Shown: in pieces, positions 59,062 to 64,000 of the stretch
Position numbering within the stretch: position 1 is the stretch's first letter
Layout of the letters: every line of letters starts with the position of its first letter
From: an uncultured Rickettsiales bacterium
GTDB lineage: Bacteria > Pseudomonadota > Alphaproteobacteria > Rickettsiales > UBA8987
Reading direction: 5' to 3'
NCBI GenBank assembly: GCA_964588995.1
Contig: CAZPQM010000002.1
Location: 155,020-219,019, forward strand
DNA length: 64,000 bases
The notes under the pieces: model-generated
Told to the model about the DNA's origin: nothing
What the model saw: the letters and a program-made list of their open reading frames with translations, nothing else
Database searches by the model: none
Translations under genes and position numbers: made by a program

Positions 59062-60141
59062 ATGCATATTATTGCTTTCATACTGATATTATTACTTTTT
59101 CCGTTTGCTGGATATGCGCAGAATTATTGTGAGCCCGGTATGATCCGATGTGCTCCGTTACAGGATTTTCCGGAGAAATATAACCGCTGTATCGAACTTG
59201 CCTGTGATCCTGCTTACTTGCGCGCTCAGCGTGAAAAAGCGCGGCAAAGGCTCGAAGGTCAAAAAACGAACGAAGCGATCACCGAAGGTATGGAAACGTG
59301 TGATAATGGGCTGCGCCGATGTGAAAATTTGCGCAACGAGCCGGCCGCTTATTGGATCTGTATGGAAAAAACCTGTAGTTCTCCCATTCTGGCAGAAGCA
59401 GACCCGGCCTGTGAGCGTGGCAAACAGGCGTGTGCATCACGAGTCGAAGAATATACACGCTGTGTTAATTTGATTTGTAAAAACCCTCCCGGTTTTAATC
59501 GGGCGTGTGAAGCAGGTAAAAGGCAATGCGTGCGGCCATTGCGTAATTATTGGAATTGTGTGTACAAACAATGCCTTGGCGATACGGATCAATTCATACG
59601 TGAAGCAAGAAAACAAGAGCCGGCAAAGCCCAGAAAAAGGGAATCTCAAGCTGACGAAGCAGATCGTGAGTATGCGGGTGATCCGATACCGGGGCTGCCG
59701 ATGTCAATGGCAGATGTTCCAGAAGGTGTGAGCCTAGAGCATTATGTTCTAGGTACGTTACCCGGCAGGATGTTGCATAAATCGCCAACGGCCATGTTGG
59801 AATGCATGATGCCGGATGCAAAGCTGTTTTGTTGGTCGAACGATATGTCGAGCTGTTTCTGTAATGATGGCACGCGTCCGCTCCGCGTGCGAAAAAAGGA
59901 ATATACTGTATATGAAGAGACCTTCCCGCATTTATCTTATAATTTCTGGCGTCCATTCATGACATTAGTTAATCCACGCAGTGCACCCCAGAACGTTCGA
60001 GCATTGCAGGAGTTGCATAAAGACGCAGAAAAGCTCTTAGAAAATATTCGTGAAGCTGAGGCTTATCTAGCCAAAGAACGCAGGCGCAAAGAATTGAGAC
60101 GCCGGCGCGAGGTTCGTGAGCGTGAGGCGCAGGAGCAATAG
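59062..60141 (+). CDS. hypothetical secreted cysteine-repeat protein
   Basis: Signal peptide MHIIAFILILLLFPFAGYA. Four CX6CX9-12CX4C modules, 20 Cys in total, and an Arg/Glu-rich C-terminal helix. Confidence 0.6.
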   Translation: MHIIAFILILLLFPFAGYAQNYCEPGMIRCAPLQDFPEKYNRCIELACDPAYLRAQREKARQRLEGQKTNEAITEGMETCDNGLRRCENLRNEPAAYWICMEKTCSSPILAEADPACERGKQACASRVEEYTRCVNLICKNPPGFNRACEAGKRQCVRPLRNYWNCVYKQCLGDTDQFIREARKQEPAKPRKRESQADEADREYAGDPIPGLPMSMADVPEGVSLEHYVLGTLPGRMLHKSPTAMLECMMPDAKLFCWSNDMSSCFCNDGTRPLRVRKKEYTVYEETFPHLSYNFWRPFMTLVNPRSAPQNVRALQELHKDAEKLLENIREAEAYLAKERRRKELRRRREVREREAQEQ

Positions 60142-60207
60142 CTTCTTCCTTGTTTTCTGATCTGATACCAGTTAAGACTCCTTCTAATCATCGCCAAAGG
60201 GGATTTT

Positions 60208-61161
60208 ATGAGAGCGTTTTTCTATCCGGGCCAAGGCTCACAATCGGTGGGAATGGGTAAGGAATTGTATGACAGCTTTACTGAGGCAAAAGAGGTGTTT
60301 CAGGAAGTGGATGATGCGCTGAGCCAAAATCTGTCACAGATAATTTTTGATGGGCCGGAGGAGACGCTCACCTTGACAGAAAATACGCAACCCGCACTCA
60401 TGACGGTTTCTATTGCTGTGCAGCGAGTATTGGAAAAGCAATCCGGGCAAAATATTACCGGCTTTTGTGATGTGGTAGCGGGGCATTCGCTCGGAGAATA
60501 TACGGCTTTGTGTGCGGCCGGTACGTTCAGTCTGGCAGATACGGCACGACTGCTTAAAACGCGCGGAACAGCTATGCAGCAGGCGGTTCCAAACGGGCAG
60601 GGTGCGATGGCGGCTATTATCGGGCTATCGCTGGAAGATTGTCAGGCGGTTACGGAGCATGTAGCAAAGGCTACGGGCGGTGTGTGCGAAATCGCTAATG
60701 ATAATGCGGACGGGCAGGTGGTGATTAGCGGAGCGAAAGCGGCCGTTGAAGCGGCTGAGGCGATTGCGCAGGGGCAGGGGGCGAAAAAATTTGTGCTATT
60801 GAAAGTGAGTGCGCCTTTTCATTGCAGCCTGATGCAACCGGCGGCCGAAAGGATGCAACAGGCGCTTAGTGAGGTGACATGCATATCTCCGCGCGTACCG
60901 CTGATGGCAAATGTTACGGCTGAAATGACGCAGGATCCTGATGCAATACGTAAACAGCTGGTGGAGCAGGTAACCGGCCGGGTGCGGTGGCGTGAGTCCA
61001 TGCTCGCCTTAAGCTCACGAGGACTTGCGGCGGCTACGGAAGTGGGATCCGGTAAGGTGCTTACAGGGCTTATTCGCAGGGTGAACCGTAAGCTTCCCGC
61101 AGAAACGCTGCTAACGCCGGACGATATTGAGCGTTTCTTAGAAGCAAGCATCGCAGCATAA
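60208..61161 (+). CDS. fabD: malonyl-CoA-ACP transacylase
   Basis: FFYPGQGSQSVGMG, GHSLGEY. Confidence 0.93.
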   Translation: MRAFFYPGQGSQSVGMGKELYDSFTEAKEVFQEVDDALSQNLSQIIFDGPEETLTLTENTQPALMTVSIAVQRVLEKQSGQNITGFCDVVAGHSLGEYTALCAAGTFSLADTARLLKTRGTAMQQAVPNGQGAMAAIIGLSLEDCQAVTEHVAKATGGVCEIANDNADGQVVISGAKAAVEAAEAIAQGQGAKKFVLLKVSAPFHCSLMQPAAERMQQALSEVTCISPRVPLMANVTAEMTQDPDAIRKQLVEQVTGRVRWRESMLALSSRGLAAATEVGSGKVLTGLIRRVNRKLPAETLLTPDDIERFLEASIAA

Positions 61162-61182
61162 ACTTAAGATGTAAGGTGTAAT

Positions 61183-61923
61183 ATGATGGAATTAAATGAT
61201 AAAACGGTATTGGTTACCGGAGCGACCGGGGGGATAGGCAGGGCGATTGTAGAACGGTTGCTGCAGGACGGGGCAACGGTAGTCGGATCTGGAACACGGC
61301 AGGAAAAACTGGAACAGTTGAAACAAGAGCTCGATAATGAGCGTTTTCATATACATGCTGCGGATCTGAGTGACGGGGATGCGATTAACGAGCTGGTAAA
61401 ATTCGCGGAAGGCGTGGCGGATGGTGTCGATATTCTGGTTTGTAATGCCGGTGTGACCAAAGACAACCTGACCATGCGCATGAGTGAGGAAGATTTTGCG
61501 ACTGTACTCGACATCAACTTGAAAGCGCCGTTTCTGCTGGCAAAAGCCCTGATGCGCCCGATGATGAAACGTAAATTCGGCCGGGTGATAACCATCGGTT
61601 CGGTGGTGGGCACCGCGGGTAATCCCGGGCAGGCAAACTATGTTGCATCGAAGGCCGGTCTGGCTGGCTTGGTAAAGAGCCTTGCATTGGAAACAGCGAG
61701 TCGGGGACTAACCTATAATAATGTAGCGCCGGGTTTTATACGTACGGCGATGACGGATGCGCTGAACGACGAGCAGAAGAACGGCATGCTGGCCAAAATC
61801 CCAGTCGGCTATTTCGGTGAGCCGGCGGATGTGGCAGGTGTAGTGCGGTTTTTAGCGAGTGAGGATGCGCGCTATGTGACTGGTCAGACAATCCATGTAA
61901 ATGGTGGCATGGTAATGGTATAA
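61183..61923 (+). CDS. fabG: 3-oxoacyl-ACP reductase
   Basis: VTGATGGIGRAI, NAG, YVASKAG, QTIHVNGGM. Confidence 0.93.
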   Translation: MMELNDKTVLVTGATGGIGRAIVERLLQDGATVVGSGTRQEKLEQLKQELDNERFHIHAADLSDGDAINELVKFAEGVADGVDILVCNAGVTKDNLTMRMSEEDFATVLDINLKAPFLLAKALMRPMMKRKFGRVITIGSVVGTAGNPGQANYVASKAGLAGLVKSLALETASRGLTYNNVAPGFIRTAMTDALNDEQKNGMLAKIPVGYFGEPADVAGVVRFLASEDARYVTGQTIHVNGGMVMV

Positions 61924-62054
61924 AGTAGCCGATAGCGCTTGCAATTCGATCTGTCTCCCTGTAATAGATATCGCCTTAGTAGGATAAATAGGCTTTTACA
62001 TTGCACGATTATCGTGTAAAAAAGCGATTACCAATGAACATAAGGGGTTTGAAT

Positions 62055-62288
62055 ATGAGTGATATTCAGGAACGCGTAGTAAAAATCGTATCCGAGCATT
62101 TAGATGTTGAAGAGGGCAAAGTATCCCCGGGTGCGAGCTTTACCGATGATCTGGGTGCTGACAGTCTGGACCAGGTCGAGCTGGTCATGGCCTTTGAGGA
62201 AGAATTCGGTATCGAAATTCCTGATGATGCTGCCGAAAAAATCACGACGGTGGATGATGCGGTACAGTTTATTCAATCTGCTGCCTAA
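62055..62288 (+). CDS. acpP: acyl carrier protein
   Basis: [12 protein letters not shown]...[20 protein letters not shown]. The ATG is preceded by AAGGGG. Confidence 0.93.
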   Translation: MSDIQERVVKIVSEHLDVEEGKVSPGASFTDDLGADSLDQVELVMAFEEEFGIEIPDDAAEKITTVDDAVQFIQSAA

Positions 62289-62312
62289 TAACCCAATTCT
62301 TTTTCTGTTTGT

Positions 62313-63578
62313 ATGATGAGACGAGTTGCCGTTACAGGGCTGGGTCTGGTAACGCCGCTTGGCTGTAGCGTGGAGTCGAGCTGGAAGCGTTTGCTTAATG
62401 GAGATTCTGCCATTTCGCATATCAGCCGATTTGATGCTAGTGATATTTCTTGCCGTGTAGCGGCTGAAATACCGCTGGGCGACGGCGAGCATGCGTTCAA
62501 CTACGAAAACTGGATCAGCCGCAAAGAGACCAAGATGATGGATCTCTTTATTCAGTTTGGTATGGCGGCGGCGATTGACGCGGTCGAAGATTCGGGATGG
62601 AAGCCAGACGACGAGCACTCGCTGAGACGGACCGGTGTTCAGATCGGTTCCGGTATCGGGGGATTGCAGGAGATTGAGCGCAATTCGTTCCTCATGGAAG
62701 AAAAAGGTTACAAGCGCTTAAGCCCATTCTTTATTCCGTCGACACTTATCAACCTGATTTCAGGCCATGTTTCGATGAAATACGGTTTCCGCGGCCCGAA
62801 TCATTCCGCCGTTACCGCCTGTTCGACCGGCGTGCATGCGATTACGGATGCGGCACGTCTGATTATGACCGGTGAAGCGGATGTGATGGTCGCCGGGAGT
62901 GCCGAAGCGGCGATTTGTCCGATTGGTGTGGGTGGCTTTGCCGCTGCGCGCGCGCTGTCTACCGGTTATAACGACACCCCGGAGAAAGCTTCCCGCCCAT
63001 GGGATAAGGGGCGTGACGGCTTTGTCATGGGAGAAGGCGCCGGCATTGTCGTGCTTGAGGAATTGGAATCTGCGAAAAAGCGTGGCGCTAAAATCTATGC
63101 GGAAGTAGCAGGGTTTGGCCTGTCGGGCGATGCATATCATATCACCTCGCCGCATCCTGAAGGCCGCGGCGCCTTTGATGCGATGGAAAATGCGCTCAAT
63201 CATGGTGGCGTGAACGCAGAAGAGGTGGATTACATCAACGCGCACGGCACCTCTACGCCGCTCGGCGATATGATTGAGTTCGGAGCGGTCAAGCGCTTAT
63301 TCGGCTCGCATATGAAGTCACTTTCCATGTCCTCCACCAAATCGGCGATTGGGCATTTGCTCGGCGGCGCGGGAAGCGTGGAATCGATCTTTGCCATTCT
63401 TGCCATCCGCGATAACGTTGTTCCGCCAACGCTCAACCTGGAAGAACCGGAAGAGGAAACGGAAGGTATTGATCTCGTGCCGAATCAGGCGAAGGAGCGT
63501 AGCGTGAAAGTGGCGTTATCCAACTCGTTCGGCTTCGGTGGCACCAATGCGTCCGTGATATTCAGGGCAGTTGAGTAA
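62313..63578 (+). CDS. fabF: 3-oxoacyl-ACP synthase II
   Basis: RVAVTGLGLVTPLG, ACSTG (Cys), NAHGTSTPLGD, KSAIGHLLGGAG, NSFGFGGTNAS. Confidence 0.95.
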   Translation: MMRRVAVTGLGLVTPLGCSVESSWKRLLNGDSAISHISRFDASDISCRVAAEIPLGDGEHAFNYENWISRKETKMMDLFIQFGMAAAIDAVEDSGWKPDDEHSLRRTGVQIGSGIGGLQEIERNSFLMEEKGYKRLSPFFIPSTLINLISGHVSMKYGFRGPNHSAVTACSTGVHAITDAARLIMTGEADVMVAGSAEAAICPIGVGGFAAARALSTGYNDTPEKASRPWDKGRDGFVMGEGAGIVVLEELESAKKRGAKIYAEVAGFGLSGDAYHITSPHPEGRGAFDAMENALNHGGVNAEEVDYINAHGTSTPLGDMIEFGAVKRLFGSHMKSLSMSSTKSAIGHLLGGAGSVESIFAILAIRDNVVPPTLNLEEPEEETEGIDLVPNQAKERSVKVALSNSFGFGGTNASVIFRAVE

Positions 63579-64000
63579 TGTCCCGGTTATTCCGGGCGAA
63601 GCGACATTTTCTCCTCTATAAATGGCTTGTATTACCGCTAGTTCTGGCGTTATTGTTCATGGCGGCTGCCATCTATTATTATCCCCGTTTTCCGGGACCG
63701 AATACACATGCTACGCAGGTCATCATTCCTAAAGGGCAATCCACCTACGGTACGATCGTTCAGCTGCATAAGCAGACCTTGATCCGTTCACCAGAGGCGT
63801 TCAAACTGTATTATAAGCTTCGCTATGAAGGCGAGCCGTTTGTTGCCGGGGAATATATCGTTCCCAGCCGGGCCACGCCGAATCAGATTATTCAGTTGTT
63901 TTTATCCGGCGATGTTGTGGAACGGCGCGTCACTGTGCTTGAGGGACAGACCGTGCATCAGGTGTTGGAGCAGCTCGCAGAAGTAGAAGGGCTGGAGGGG
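63578..64000 (+). CDS. mltG: endolytic transglycosylase MltG (YceG-like), 3' end cut by window edge
   Basis: ATG overlaps the fabF stop (TAATG). The frame stays open to the window end: MSRLFRAKRHFLLYKWLVLPLVLALLF...VIIPKGQS...FVAGEYIV.... This is the conserved post-fabF position. Confidence 0.75.
   Translation, partial: MSRLFRAKRHFLLYKWLVLPLVLALLFMAAAIYYYPRFPGPNTHATQVIIPKGQSTYGTIVQLHKQTLIRSPEAFKLYYKLRYEGEPFVAGEYIVPSRATPNQIIQLFLSGDVVERRVTVLEGQTVHQVLEQLAEVEGLEG

Noticed and set aside
1-64000. Search for tRNA, rRNA, tmRNA, SRP/RNase P RNA, riboswitches, prophage, integrase, toxin-antitoxin or defence-system genes
   Set aside because: Visual scanning of the intergenic regions found no T-loop or acceptor-type signatures and no conserved ncRNA cores. 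All large ORFs are accounted for by housekeeping functions. Without covariance-model tools, small ncRNAs cannot be excluded.

Overview
The window is a gene-dense, mostly housekeeping chromosomal segment. The synteny looks alphaproteobacterial: COQ9-like gene divergent from rpsU, ntrYX, radA-cvpA-purF-SDR, hisB-DUF2628-hisHAF-hisE, plsX-fabH-ihfA-merR, fabD-fabG-acpP-fabF-mltG. I support about 70 CDSs. These include translation genes (rpsU, rpmI-rplT-pheST, rpsF-rpsR-rplI, rpmF, thrS-infC), dnaB, alr, mlaEF, hslVU, trkA, an LPS-type glycosyltransferase trio and a contiguous heme-biosynthesis cluster. I found no rRNA, tRNA, CRISPR array, prophage or recognisable defence island. The main non-routine signal is two families of short palindromic MITE-like repeats. 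Family 1 has CGTCAT...ATGACG termini (at least 9 units). Family 2 has G/C-run hairpins of the AACTCCCCCCTTGCGGGGGAGT type (3 copies). They sit between operon genes and also inside genes. lepA carries an in-frame insertion of about 60 codons in its GTPase domain. It is also split at the domain I/II linker by a block of family-1 units. alr carries an in-frame insert containing a family-1 core, and the hemC stop codon lies inside a family-1 unit. Other candidates: a divergent pair made of a LapG-like periplasmic cysteine protease (BTLCP) and a dCache-PAS sensor with a degenerate HD-GYP domain; a C5-pathway heme cluster with an unusually short glutamyl-tRNA reductase; an AT-rich four-helix-bundle (23S-IVS-type) gene inserted between hslV and hslU; and a secreted protein with four CX6CX9-12CX4C repeats. 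All calls come from reading the translations and the DNA by eye. No database search was run.
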